64,000 nucleotides of DNA, taken from NCBI GenBank assembly GCA_905181795.1, contig CAJIZD010000005.1, forward strand, positions 7,721 to 71,720, given 5' to 3'. The stretch comes from an uncultured Planktomarina sp. (GTDB lineage Bacteria; Pseudomonadota; Alphaproteobacteria; Puniceispirillales; Marisalimonadaceae). Shown here in pieces: positions 20,028 through 31,160 of the stretch. The notes beneath the pieces are model-generated. The model had not been told where the DNA came from. It did no database searches and saw only the letters and a list, made by a program, of their open reading frames with translations. How positions within the stretch are numbered: position 1 is the stretch's first letter; every line of letters begins with the position of its first letter. Made by a program: the position numbers and the translations under genes.

Positions 20028-22097
20028 ATGAGATTAGCTATAGATATAGGAGGAACTTTTACAGATTTAGTTTTAGAACATGGTAATGAATTGCTTACTA
20101 AAAAAGTGCTGACTTCAATATCTGAACCTGAATTAGCTGTAATAGAAGGCGTGTCAGAATTATTAGAAGAAAATAATATTAAAGCTTCTGACATTAAAAT
20201 GATAATTCATGGGACAACTTTGGCTACAAATGCAGTTATTGAAAGAAAAGGTGCTAAAACCTGTTTTATAACAACATCAGGTTTTAGAGATGTTTTAGAT
20301 ATTGGTTATGAAAGTAGGTTTGATCAATATGACATTCTGATAGATAAAACAATGTCCCTTGTTCCAAGAAAGCATAGGTATGTAATAGATGAAAGAACAG
20401 ACGTTAATGGTTCAATAATTACGTCAATTGATAAGGGGCAATTTTACAATTTAATTACTAAAATTAAGAATGAAAAATTTGAAAGTATTGCTGTTGGCTT
20501 TTTACATTCTTATGCCAATCCAGAAAATGAGAAAATTTTAAAAACTTTTTTAACTAACGAATTACCAGATGTTGAAGTAAGTGTTTCATCTGATGTTTGC
20601 CCTGAGATAAGAGAGTATGAACGATTTACGACTACAGTTGTGAATGCATATATAAAACCATTAATGTCTAATTATTTGAAAAAATTAGATCAAAAACTTC
20701 TCAATTCTGGATTTAATTGTCCACTTCTTTTAATGACGTCAGGAGGCACTTTAACAAACATATCCAGTGCGTGTAATAACCCAGTAAGGTTAGTAGAGTC
20801 AGGTCCTGCAGGAGGTGCAATTTTAGCAACCTCAATTGCAGAAGATATGAATTTAAGTAAGGTAATATCGTTTGATATGGGCGGAACAACAGCAAAAATC
20901 ACAATAATTGAAAATAAAAAAGCAATTAAGGCACGAGAATTTGAAGTAGATAGAAAGGCCAGGTTTAAAAAGGGTAGTGGCTATCCTCTTAGAATACCAG
21001 TGATAGAAATGGTTGAAATTGGTGCAGGTGGTGGATCAATAGCAAGAGTTAACAAACTAGAGCAAATTATTACAGGTCCTGATAGTGCTGGTTCTTTTCC
21101 TGGTCCAGCTTGTTATTCAAATGGTGGCTCAATGCCAACTATTACTGATGCAGACCTTGTCATAGGTAAAATTAATCCTGATAACTTTGCAGGAGGAAAA
21201 ATTAAATTATCTAAACAACTTGCGGATAAAGCAATTACTGAAAATATTGTAAAATTTGTTAACATTGATACTAATATTGCTGCTTTAGCAATATCTGAGA
21301 TTGTTGATGAAACTATGTCAAATGCAGCCAGAGTTCATACAGTTGAACAAGGACACGAAACTTCAAATAGAACATTAATAGCATTTGGAGGAGCCGCTCC
21401 TCTTCATATTGCTAGAGTTGCAGAAAAACTAAGAGTTTCCAATGTAATTATACCCACAAATGCTAGTGTGGGATCAGCTGTAGGTTTCTTAAAAGCACCT
21501 GTGGGCTATGAAGTTGTTAAGAGCTTAAGGATGCTTCTTAATAGATTTGAGACTGACAAGGTAAATGATTTGTTAGAAAAAATGAAAAATGAAGCTCAAA
21601 GTATCATTCAATCTGAAACAGGTTCTATCAAATTTGTTGAAGAGAGGTTTGCTTTTATGAGATATGCTGGACAAGGACATGAGATCAAAGTCCAAGTTGA
21701 TAATAATTTATTAACACAGTCTGATATAAGCAAAATAAAAACATCATTTGAAAAAAAATATGAGAATTTATATTCAAGAATACTTCCAAATGCTGATATA
21801 GAAATATTAACATGGTCTTTATCGCTATCAATCAAAAATGAAAAATTAAATTCTTTTCAGAAACTTAATTCTTATAAAAAAATAAAAGAACAATCTTTAG
21901 TTGATATAGTTGATTATGACAGTAGTAAAAAAATTAAAGTGCCTTATTTTGAAAGAGCTTCTTTAAAGCCTGGTGATATTATTGAGGGTCACTGCATTAT
22001 TTCAGAAGAACAAACAACAATAGTTGTATCAAATAAATTCAATACAAAAGTTTTATCTAATAATTTTTTACAAATGGAATATACAAATGATGAGTGA
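20028..22097 (+). CDS. hydantoinase/oxoprolinase subunit A (HyuA-like, ATP-dependent)
   Basis: DIGGTFTD, HGTTLATN, ESGPAGG, DMGGTT, IGAGGGS and FGGAAPLH motifs. Confidence 0.92.
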   Translation: MRLAIDIGGTFTDLVLEHGNELLTKKVLTSISEPELAVIEGVSELLEENNIKASDIKMIIHGTTLATNAVIERKGAKTCFITTSGFRDVLDIGYESRFDQYDILIDKTMSLVPRKHRYVIDERTDVNGSIITSIDKGQFYNLITKIKNEKFESIAVGFLHSYANPENEKILKTFLTNELPDVEVSVSSDVCPEIREYERFTTTVVNAYIKPLMSNYLKKLDQKLLNSGFNCPLLLMTSGGTLTNISSACNNPVRLVESGPAGGAILATSIAEDMNLSKVISFDMGGTTAKITIIENKKAIKAREFEVDRKARFKKGSGYPLRIPVIEMVEIGAGGGSIARVNKLEQIITGPDSAGSFPGPACYSNGGSMPTITDADLVIGKINPDNFAGGKIKLSKQLADKAITENIVKFVNIDTNIAALAISEIVDETMSNAARVHTVEQGHETSNRTLIAFGGAAPLHIARVAEKLRVSNVIIPTNASVGSAVGFLKAPVGYEVVKSLRMLLNRFETDKVNDLLEKMKNEAQSIIQSETGSIKFVEERFAFMRYAGQGHEIKVQVDNNLLTQSDISKIKTSFEKKYENLYSRILPNADIEILTWSLSLSIKNEKLNSFQKLNSYKKIKEQSLVDIVDYDSSKKIKVPYFERASLKPGDIIEGHCIISEEQTTIVVSNKFNTKVLSNNFLQMEYTNDE

Positions 22098-23719
22098 CAA
22101 GAATATTACAGAGGATAAAAAAAATATTCAAAATCAAGTAATGTGGAACCGACTTCTTTCAGTTGTTGAAGAACAAGGTCAAACTCTCATTAGAACTGCT
22201 TTTAGCCCAATTGTTAGAGAATGTGGAGATATCTCTGCAGGTATTTTTGACTTAGATGGAAGGATGATGGCTCAAGCTGTAACTGGAACACCTGGCCATG
22301 TCAATTCAATGGCAGAATCAGTAAAACACTTTATTAATCATTTTCCATTAAATACTATGAGTGAAGGCGATATTTTTATTACAAATGATCCATGGATGGG
22401 TACAGGGCATTTAAATGACTTCGTCATAACAACACCTTGTTTTAAAAATAATAAAATAGTTGGTCTTTTTTCATGTACTTCACATCTTACTGATATAGGT
22501 GGGTTAGGTGTTGGCCCAGATGCCACGGATGTTCACATGGAAGGTTTATATATTCCAATGTTAAAATTGGCTGATAAAGGAGTTATGAATAAAACTCTTC
22601 TTGAATTAATAAGACAAAATACAAGGCAACCAGTTGAAACTGAAGGCGATGTATATTCATTAGCTGCATGTAATGATATTGGTTGTAAAAGATTAGTAGA
22701 AATGATGAATGATTTTAATATTAATGATTTAAAAGATTTGTCAGATTTTATTTATAATAAATCTCTGAAAGCAGTGGAAAACGAAATACAAAAAATACCA
22801 AATGGCGAATATAAAAATTCTATGATGATAGATGGCTTCGAAAATGATATTAAGTTAGAAGCTACACTTATTGTTAAAGAAAAAACCATATCGGTAGATT
22901 TTTCTGGAACATCTGAAAAATCAAAATTTGGTATAAATGTGCCTTTATCATACACTAAAGCCTATACATGTTTTGGATTAAGCTGTTTGTTAAGTGCAGA
23001 AATACCTAATAACGCAGGATCTTTGTTTCCTTTTGAAATTGATGCCCCATTAGGATCAATTTTAAACGCACCTTATCCTTCAGCAGTTTGTGCAAGGCAT
23101 ATTATTGGACAAATGCTTCCTGATGTAGTTTTTGGCTGTCTAGAAAAAGCAATACCAAATAAAGTGCCAGCCGAAGGGGCATCTTGTCTGTGGAATATTA
23201 CCTTCAGGGGTAAAACTGATAGAGGTGCTAATAATAACTCTTTATTTGCAGTAACTGCAGTAGTTAATGGCGGAACAGGTGCTAGGCCAAGTAAAGATGG
23301 TTTGTCTGCAACAGCTTACCCTTCAGGTGTAAAAGGGACGCCTGTAGAAATTAATGAGGCTGTGGCTCCATTATTATTTTTAAAGAAAGAATATAATCCA
23401 GGTAGTGGTGGTAAAGGAAAATATAATGGAGGTGATGGGGCAAGTAATTGAAATTAAATCAGCTATTAATGAAGATATGGATCTTCTTGCATCTTTTGAC
23501 AGAATTAAATTCCCTGCTAGAGGGAGAATGAATGGAGAAAACGGAAAAGCAGGGCATGTGTCAATTAAAAATAAAGGTAAATTAAATGGTAAGGGCACAC
23601 AAGTCATTAAAGCAGGCGACATAATAGAAATTTTCACTCCTGGTGGAGCTGGGCTTGGTGATTATTCTGAAAGAAATGAAGATTTAATTAAAATAGATAA
23701 AGAAAATGAGTTGCTCTAA
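22087..23719 (+). CDS. hydantoinase/oxoprolinase subunit B (HyuB-like), split by a probable sequencing frameshift
   Basis: RTAFSPIVRE, NDPW.GTGHLND, H.TDIGG and TPGGAG.G motifs. An extra G in the run at 23437-23440 splits the C-terminus. Confidence 0.9.
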
Positions 23720-23729
23720 TTAATTTTTT

Positions 23730-24433
23730 TTAAATTTTAAGGCGATTACTTCTTGTTAAAGGCTTTGTAAATTTTTTAATTTTAAGACCTTGTTTTGAAA
23801 GATTTTCAACAAGTGCAGCAGCAGCTGTTACACCTTCAATTATAGGAATATTAAATCTATCACTAAATATTTTTGTTAAATTTAAAATTCCAGGGCTAGT
23901 TATTATAATTGCCTCTGGATTATCCTCAACGATTGTTCTATTTACCTCATTTTCTAATTTTTTTATATTAGACTTAGACATTGTTTCCATATCCAATATG
24001 GGCACTTCTATAGATCTCAATGAAACACATTTATGATCTAGATCATATTTAATCAAATTATTCTTTATAGCTTCGTGAGATACAGATAAGTTTGTGATAA
24101 TTGAAAACTTATTAGCAATAATATTAGCAGTATAAAAAGCAGCCTCGCCAATGCCTATTACAGGTTTAGACGTAATTTTTCTAACAATATCTATTCCAAT
24201 GTCTTCGAAGCACGCTAAAATGAAGGCATCTGATGAATTATTATTTTCTATTTCTTTAACAAGTTTTGAAACATTTGTAGTTTCGAGGTAATAACTATAA
24301 TAATCTTCAACAATAGACTCCTCATCATATAAACTGTTGAACTTTTATCTATTACACTAGATACGCAGTGTTTAAGTTTTTTATTTGATTGTACTGTTGC
24401 GTACGGGTTGATAATACAAATTTCAATACCCAA
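23730..24433 (-). CDS. allantoin/hydantoin racemase-like (HpxA-like) protein, divergent, with a frameshift near 24325
   Basis: Joined frames give IINP...DAFILACFEDIG...PVIGIGEAA...KFSIIT...PIIEGVTAA. The second Cys motif is replaced by IIITSPGI. Confidence 0.7.
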
Positions 24434-24444
24434 GGAGACTAACT

Positions 24445-26790
24445 CTACTTATTTACTATGTTAGGTTTATTAAATATAGTAATCGGTGGTGGATCCTTCT
24501 TGTATTTTTTTATCTCAACCAATGTAGAGTGCGCTGAAGGACCTTGGGAAAGTGAAGACGTTCCAATATCTTCAGTTAAGACATTTGGGTTACCATGAAT
24601 GCAAAAGCTTCCGTCATCCACTGGATTGTACCATGCACCTACAGGTAAAAAAACAATACCAGGCATCACTTCTGAACTTCTTACTACACCAGCAAGGCAT
24701 TTACCTCTTTTATTAAAAATTTCAACTATGTCACCATCTTTTAGATTTCGGAAATCTGCGTCTTTAGGATTAATTTTTACAGGTTCTCTTCCATTAATCT
24801 TAAATTTTTGACTTTCTGATCCATTGTCGAGTTGGCTGTGTAATCTATTGTGAGGTTGACCAGAAATGAGCTGAAGAGAGAATTGTTTTGTAAGTGCTGA
24901 TCCTAACCATTCATCTTGTTCTAACCATGCTGGGTGTCCAGGGCAGTCTTTATAATTAAAATCAGCTACAGTTTGAGAAAATATTTCAATTTTTCCTGAT
25001 GGTGTTGCAATTCGGTTCTTCACTGGATCTTTCCTAAAATCTTCTAGCAAAATAGTTTGCTTTTTAGGAGATAATACCTCTTGAAACCCATTTTTCCAAA
25101 ATTTGTCAAAATCAGGTAAGTTGAAATTAGCATCTTTAGCGCTCTGTATAGATACTTCCCATAGATGTCTCAGCCATTGGTCTTCATTACGTTCTTCAGT
25201 AAATTTTTTGTTAATATTTAGCTTTGTAGAGATAGCAGAAAAAATATCATAATCAGATTTTGATTCACCTACCGGCTCAATTATTTTATGCATTGGAGAT
25301 ATTGTTTGATCCCAGTGCCTGACACCTATATCATTTCGCTCTAAGGAAGTAGTTGCGGGTAATACTATATCTGCATGTCTTGCTAAGCTGTTCCACCAAA
25401 TCTCATTAACTATAATACTATCTGGTTGCTTGAACGCTTTAACTAGTTTTTTTAAGTTCATCTGATGATGAAAGGGGTTTCCTCCAGCCCAATAAACTAG
25501 CTTAATATCGGGGTACTTAAGTTCTTTACCATTATAAGCTAAAGTTTTACCTGGATTAAGAAGCATATCTGAAATTCGTGCAACTGGTATAAAATCACTT
25601 ACTGGATTTTTAAATTGTTCTAAAGCTGGCCATTTGTGGTAATTAACAGGGTTTCCTATACCATTTTCAGCGCTGTAACCTAGTCCAAAACCTCCACCAG
25701 GAAGACCTATTTGCCCCAACATGCATGCCAAAACAGAAATCATCCAATGGGATTGCTCTCCATATTGTTGTCTCTGCAAGGCCCAAGCACCAGTTATCAT
25801 AGTCCTGTTCTTAGACATTTGTTTGGCTAAATCATATATAATGTCACTTGGAATGCCTGTTACTTTGGAAGCCCACAATGGAGTTTTTGCTTTTCCATCT
25901 GAAATCCCTTTTAAGTAATCATAAAAAACATCATACCCAGTACAATATTTTTTTATAAAATCTCTATCTATTAAACTTTCACTTTCAAGTATAAAAGCTA
26001 TACCAAGCATCAAAGCTGTATCTGTTCCAGGTCTAATTTTAATCCAGTCAGCATTACTAATGGTATCAGCCTCCATTTCCATAGGGCTAATATTAATAAA
26101 TTTTATACCTTTTCTTGCACAATCTTTGATAAATTGTTTAGTTGTATGCTTGCCAACACCTCCAGATGTGACTTGTGAGTTTTTTAGAGGTAAGCCTCCA
26201 AACATAACTATTAATTCTGAATTGTCTTTTATATTATTCCAGTCTGTATGAGTATCAAGAAATTTTCTGTATGATAAACCTATTACATGAGGCATGATTG
26301 TCTCGCTTGCAGCATAAGAATAGGTGTTGACTGATTTAGTATACCCACCGTAACAGTTGAAAAACCTATGAAGTTGGCTTTGTGCATGATGAAACCTACC
26401 TGCTGAACCCCAACCATAAGAACCTGCAAAAAATGCTTTGTTTTTATGTTTCTTTTTAATTCTGTTCAGCTCAAAGGAAACTATATCGATAGCTTCTTCC
26501 CATGAAACTGCGACAAAATCATCAGATCCACGTTTTTCTCTGGAACGTTTGCCTGTAATAGCCATTTTGCCGTTAGCTAATTCTTTTCTAATTTCTCTGA
26601 GATAGCCTTTACGAATATGAGGAACTTTAACTCTTAACTCATCATCTATAGAATCTATAATTCCTTTTGCAATATTAGATGGATCTCTATCTTGTCCGTA
26701 AGGCTTCATGCCAACAATTTTACCATCCTCAACCTCGGCATAGTAGCTTCCCCAATGAAAAGCGGTAGGTTTTTTTGTTCTATTTGGCAT
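24445..26790 (-). CDS. DMSO-reductase-family molybdoenzyme, BisC-like (cytoplasmic S-/N-oxide reductase)
   Basis: AFHWG, GSYGW.SAGRFH, TYSYAA (Ser ligand), WAGGNPFHH and RLHSQL motifs. No Tat signal. ATG at 26790 follows an AGAGG SD. Confidence 0.85.
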   Translation of the reverse strand: MPNRTKKPTAFHWGSYYAEVEDGKIVGMKPYGQDRDPSNIAKGIIDSIDDELRVKVPHIRKGYLREIRKELANGKMAITGKRSREKRGSDDFVAVSWEEAIDIVSFELNRIKKKHKNKAFFAGSYGWGSAGRFHHAQSQLHRFFNCYGGYTKSVNTYSYAASETIMPHVIGLSYRKFLDTHTDWNNIKDNSELIVMFGGLPLKNSQVTSGGVGKHTTKQFIKDCARKGIKFINISPMEMEADTISNADWIKIRPGTDTALMLGIAFILESESLIDRDFIKKYCTGYDVFYDYLKGISDGKAKTPLWASKVTGIPSDIIYDLAKQMSKNRTMITGAWALQRQQYGEQSHWMISVLACMLGQIGLPGGGFGLGYSAENGIGNPVNYHKWPALEQFKNPVSDFIPVARISDMLLNPGKTLAYNGKELKYPDIKLVYWAGGNPFHHQMNLKKLVKAFKQPDSIIVNEIWWNSLARHADIVLPATTSLERNDIGVRHWDQTISPMHKIIEPVGESKSDYDIFSAISTKLNINKKFTEERNEDQWLRHLWEVSIQSAKDANFNLPDFDKFWKNGFQEVLSPKKQTILLEDFRKDPVKNRIATPSGKIEIFSQTVADFNYKDCPGHPAWLEQDEWLGSALTKQFSLQLISGQPHNRLHSQLDNGSESQKFKINGREPVKINPKDADFRNLKDGDIVEIFNKRGKCLAGVVRSSEVMPGIVFLPVGAWYNPVDDGSFCIHGNPNVLTEDIGTSSLSQGPSAHSTLVEIKKYKKDPPPITIFNKPNIVNK

Positions 26791-26831
26791 TTTGACCTCT
26801 ATCAAATATCAGGATAAATCTAATTACAGAT

Positions 26832-29783
26832 TTAGTAAATTATATTTTCGTCTAGAAATTTAGAAACATGAATTGCATTCCTATTTAAGCCATCTTTAAT
26901 TTGACATCTACATGATGTCCCATCGGCAATAATAGTGACATTTTTATCAGTATTTTGAATTGCAGGGAAAAGTTTTTCATCGGCCATTTTCATAGAAATG
27001 TCAAATGTGTCTTTACCATATCCAAATGCACCTGCCATGCCACAACAACTAGTTTCTATAGTCTCAACTTCTAAACCTTCAATTTTTTTTAATAAACTTT
27101 CGATTGGCTTTACTACGTCAAATGCTTTTTGATGACAGTGACCATGTAATAATACCTTTTGATTTAATTTCTTAAACTTTAACTTTTTACAATTTTTTTC
27201 TAGTAACTCTTCAAAAGTGTATGAATTATTTTGTAATAACTTCATATCTTTATCTTTTATAAGTGCAGGAATCTCATCTCTAAAAGATAGAATACATGAG
27301 GGTTCTAAGCCAACAACTTCAATTCCTTTTTGCAAATAAGGTAAAAAAGTATTTAAAATTTTTGTTGCTTCAATTTTAGCATTTTCAATCAAGCCGTTGC
27401 TTAAATAGGTTCTTCCACAACATAATGTTTTATTATCTTCTGAATTTGGAATAAAGGGAAAATATCCAGCTGATTTTAAAACTTTTATTGCAGATCTAAT
27501 ATTTTCTGGCTCATAATAACGATTAAAAGTATCAACAAATAATATAATTGGAGTTTGATCATTAATTTTTTCAATTGAGTTTGGTAATTCGCTATTTCTA
27601 AAAAAGTCATTACGCCATTCTGGCAAGGGTCTTTGTGCAGTAAAACCAAAAAGTAATTCACTAATTTTTGCAGCGCCAGGAATTTTATCTCTTAGATTGA
27701 AAAGTTTAGAAAAGTTAGATGCAAACGCAGCATACTTAGGTAAGTAGGCTATTAATTTGCTATTTATATCAAGACCATATTTATTTGCGTGTAGGTTTGA
27801 AATTTCTATTTTCATTTTTGACATATCTACGCCTGTTGGACATTCGCGTTTACAAGCTTTACAAGAAACACATAACTTCATTGTTTCTGTCATTTCTTTA
27901 CTTGTAAGTGCGTTTTTACCCAATTGTCCTGAAAGGGCTAATCGAAGTGAATTAGCTCTTCCTCTGGTTGAATCTTTCTCGTCTTTTGTAACTCTGAAAG
28001 AGGGACACATAACTCCGCCATCTAGCTTTCTGCATGACCCATTATTGTTACACATTTCAATTGCGCCTTGGAGACCACCAGCATTGCCAGGCCATTGAGA
28101 CCAATCTAAAATAGTATTAATATTTTTTGCGTTATATGAAGGGGCATACCTAAAGTAATCTCTAGCGTCCATTTTAGGTGCATTTAATATTTTGCCGGGG
28201 TTAAAAATATTATCTGGATCAAAAGCTTGTTTAATAGTTTCGAAAATATTAATCATTTTTTTTCCAAACATTACTTCATTAAACTCAGAACGTGCTATTC
28301 CATCACCGTGCTCTCCTGAATAAGAACCTTTAAACTTTTTTACCAATTTACTAGTTTCATCAGCAATATTTCGCATTTTTGAAACATCCGTTTGAAGTTT
28401 CATGTTTAAAACAGGTCTTACATGAAGACATCCAACAGAGGCATGAGCATACCAAGTTCCTTTGGTGTCATATTTGTCAAATATTTGATTTAATCCATCA
28501 GTATACTCAGCTAGATCTTTAAGCTCAACAGCACAATCTTCTATGAAAGAAACTGGCTTTGCCTCATTCTTCATAGACATCATGATGTTCAACCCTGATT
28601 TTCTCATTTCAGTTACTTTTGCTTGTAAAGCATTGTCAATAACATCAATGACTCCTCCAATTTTTTTGTTACCTTTCCATGAATATCCTAAATCACCCAT
28701 TAATTGATGAAGTTTTTTCAATCTATGTTGATTCACACTCATGTCTTCCTCTGCGAATTCAACCAAAAGTAAAGATTTAGGGTTGCCTTTTACGACTGCT
28801 TCAACTGTAGGTTGAAATATATCAATCTTTCTTGCAAGACTAAGCATCGTATCGTCAACAAGTTCCACTGCTATTGGATCTAATGGTACGATATGTTGTG
28901 CAGCATCCATTGCCTCATAGAATGATGGGAAGTGACATATACCCATAATTTTTTGAGAAGGAAGAGGTGATAATTTAAGAGTGATTGCTGAGGAATACAC
29001 CAGAGTACCCTCTGATCCGACTAGTAAGTGTGATAAATTTATACCATCTCCTTTTTTACCGTTTGGTCTGGAGGCCATTGCATCTGGTAAAAGTGAATCA
29101 ATATTATATCCGCCAACTCTTCGAAGTACTTTAGGAAATTTTGTTAATATTTCATCTTTATTCTCTAGAGCTAGATTTAAAAGGTTATTTATAATTTGTG
29201 GAGCAAGTTCTTTGCTCGAAGCTATCTCTTTATCTTTAATATTCCCAAATTTATACGTTGAGCCATCACTTAATATTCCTTCTATTTCAAGAACATTGTC
29301 TCTCATCATTCCATATCTAATTGAGCGTCCACCACAACTATTGTTACCTGTCATTCCACCAATTGTTGCTCTGCTGGAAGTTGAAACATCTACAGGAAAC
29401 CATAATCCAAATGGTTTTAAAAATCTGTTTAATTCATCAAGTACTATTCCAGGCTCGACAATGCATGTCATTTTTTCTTTGTTAAAATCTAATATTTTAT
29501 TTAAAAATTTTGAATTATCTATAACTATTGCTTCATTAACTGTCTGACCACATTGAGAAGTTCCTCCTCCTCTAGCTAAAAGTGGAACTTTGGCTTCTCT
29601 TGCATAATTAATAGTATCTATCAAATCTGATTTATTTTTTGGTATTAAAACACCATACGGCATCATTTGATAAATAGATGCATCTGTTGAGTATCTGCCT
29701 CTAGTAAAATTGTCGTAATAAACTTCTGCTGTTGTTTCATACTTCAATTTTTTTAGTAATTGCTGTGAACTACCATCTGGCAT
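26832..29783 (-). CDS. FAD-linked oxidase with C-terminal Fe-S domain (YdiJ / GlcD-GlcF fusion type)
   Basis: RGGGTSQCGQ, GSEGTL, HASVGCLH, SGEHGDG, CVSCKACKRECP and CCG motifs. Confidence 0.88.
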   Translation of the reverse strand: MPDGSSQQLLKKLKYETTAEVYYDNFTRGRYSTDASIYQMMPYGVLIPKNKSDLIDTINYAREAKVPLLARGGGTSQCGQTVNEAIVIDNSKFLNKILDFNKEKMTCIVEPGIVLDELNRFLKPFGLWFPVDVSTSSRATIGGMTGNNSCGGRSIRYGMMRDNVLEIEGILSDGSTYKFGNIKDKEIASSKELAPQIINNLLNLALENKDEILTKFPKVLRRVGGYNIDSLLPDAMASRPNGKKGDGINLSHLLVGSEGTLVYSSAITLKLSPLPSQKIMGICHFPSFYEAMDAAQHIVPLDPIAVELVDDTMLSLARKIDIFQPTVEAVVKGNPKSLLLVEFAEEDMSVNQHRLKKLHQLMGDLGYSWKGNKKIGGVIDVIDNALQAKVTEMRKSGLNIMMSMKNEAKPVSFIEDCAVELKDLAEYTDGLNQIFDKYDTKGTWYAHASVGCLHVRPVLNMKLQTDVSKMRNIADETSKLVKKFKGSYSGEHGDGIARSEFNEVMFGKKMINIFETIKQAFDPDNIFNPGKILNAPKMDARDYFRYAPSYNAKNINTILDWSQWPGNAGGLQGAIEMCNNNGSCRKLDGGVMCPSFRVTKDEKDSTRGRANSLRLALSGQLGKNALTSKEMTETMKLCVSCKACKRECPTGVDMSKMKIEISNLHANKYGLDINSKLIAYLPKYAAFASNFSKLFNLRDKIPGAAKISELLFGFTAQRPLPEWRNDFFRNSELPNSIEKINDQTPIILFVDTFNRYYEPENIRSAIKVLKSAGYFPFIPNSEDNKTLCCGRTYLSNGLIENAKIEATKILNTFLPYLQKGIEVVGLEPSCILSFRDEIPALIKDKDMKLLQNNSYTFEELLEKNCKKLKFKKLNQKVLLHGHCHQKAFDVVKPIESLLKKIEGLEVETIETSCCGMAGAFGYGKDTFDISMKMADEKLFPAIQNTDKNVTIIADGTSCRCQIKDGLNRNAIHVSKFLDENIIY

Positions 29784-29909
29784 AGAAACCTCTGTCTTTG
29801 AATTAAAATTCAATATGGAAAATTTATTATTTAAAGTGTATGTATAAAGTAATTTATAAATAGTTTATTTTCAATGACAGATATTAAGTAAATAAGGAAA
29901 TTTTTTAAT

Positions 29910-31082
29910 ATGAATAAAAAATATATGCCTGGAAAACATTTTTTACAATTACCTGGACCTTCAAATGTGCCTGATAGAATTTTACGTGCTATGGATTATC
30001 CTACTATAGATCATCGTGGACCAGATTTCCCTAATTTGGCCAATGCCTGCCTTGATGGAATGAAAACGATTTTTAAAACAAATTCAGATGTAATAATTTT
30101 TCCAGCATCTGGAACAGGTGCATGGGAGGCGGCACTAGTAAATACCATTAATGAGGGTGATTTAGTTCTTATGGTTGAAACTGGGCACTTTGCTACTTTA
30201 TGGAAGAAAATGGCTGATAAACTTGGTATCAATACAGAGTTTTTAGAGACTGACTGGAGAAGGGGTGTTGAACCCGAAAAATTATTGGATAGATTAAAAA
30301 AAGATGCTGAAGGAAAAATCAAGGCTGTATGCGTAGTCCATAATGAAACATCTACAGGTAGTACTTCAAGAATAAAAGAAGTAAGAAATGTAATGAATTT
30401 AGCTAACCATGAAGCTTTATTAATGGTTGATACAATTTCGGGATTAGCTTCTATGGATTATAAACATGACGATTGGGGAGTTGATGTTACTATTTCGGGC
30501 TCCCAAAAAGGCTTGATGCTACCCCCTGGCTTATCATTTAATGCAATATCAGAAAAAGCTATTCTTATCTCAAAAAAATCTGGTATGCAAAGATCCTATT
30601 GGGATTGGCAAGAACAAATAGAGGCTAATAAGTCAGGTTCTTTTCCATATACTCCTGCTACCAATCTTTTATATGGTTTAAAAGAAGCAATAAACATGCT
30701 TCACGAAGAGGGTTTAGATAATGTTTTTAAGCGACATGATAGACACGCAAAAGCAACAAGGGCAGCTGTTCAAGCTTGGGGTTTGGAGGTTCTTTGCCAA
30801 GAAGAAATGGATTACTCTAATGTCTTAACTGCTGTTAAATTACCAGATGGACATAATGCAGATCAATTAAGGAAAATTATATTAGAAAATTTTAACATGT
30901 CACTTGGAAACGGTTTGTCTAAGCTTGCTGGTAAAGTTTTTAGAATTGGTCATTTAGGTGACTTTAATGATCTAATGCTAATGGGAACATTAACAGGTAT
31001 AGAAATGGGATTGTCTTTAGCTGGTGTACCTCATCAAAAGGGAGGTGCAGCAAGGGCCTCTGAGTTTTTAATCAGTGCATAG
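29910..31082 (+). CDS. class V PLP aminotransferase, serine/alanine-glyoxylate aminotransferase-like
   Basis: HFLQLPGPSNVP, VHNETSTG, GSQKGLMLPPG and FRIGHLG motifs. Confidence 0.88.
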   Translation: MNKKYMPGKHFLQLPGPSNVPDRILRAMDYPTIDHRGPDFPNLANACLDGMKTIFKTNSDVIIFPASGTGAWEAALVNTINEGDLVLMVETGHFATLWKKMADKLGINTEFLETDWRRGVEPEKLLDRLKKDAEGKIKAVCVVHNETSTGSTSRIKEVRNVMNLANHEALLMVDTISGLASMDYKHDDWGVDVTISGSQKGLMLPPGLSFNAISEKAILISKKSGMQRSYWDWQEQIEANKSGSFPYTPATNLLYGLKEAINMLHEEGLDNVFKRHDRHAKATRAAVQAWGLEVLCQEEMDYSNVLTAVKLPDGHNADQLRKIILENFNMSLGNGLSKLAGKVFRIGHLGDFNDLMLMGTLTGIEMGLSLAGVPHQKGGAARASEFLISA

Positions 31083-31160
31083 TTAAATATTATTTTTTAT
31101 TGTTGTTTGACAATGTATTGATATATTATCGAGATGCATTAATTATTTGTAAGGGGAAGA

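Noticed and set aside
24445-26790. Respiratory TMAO/DMSO reductase (torA/dorA)
   Set aside because: No Tat signal and no torC/torD-like partner genes.
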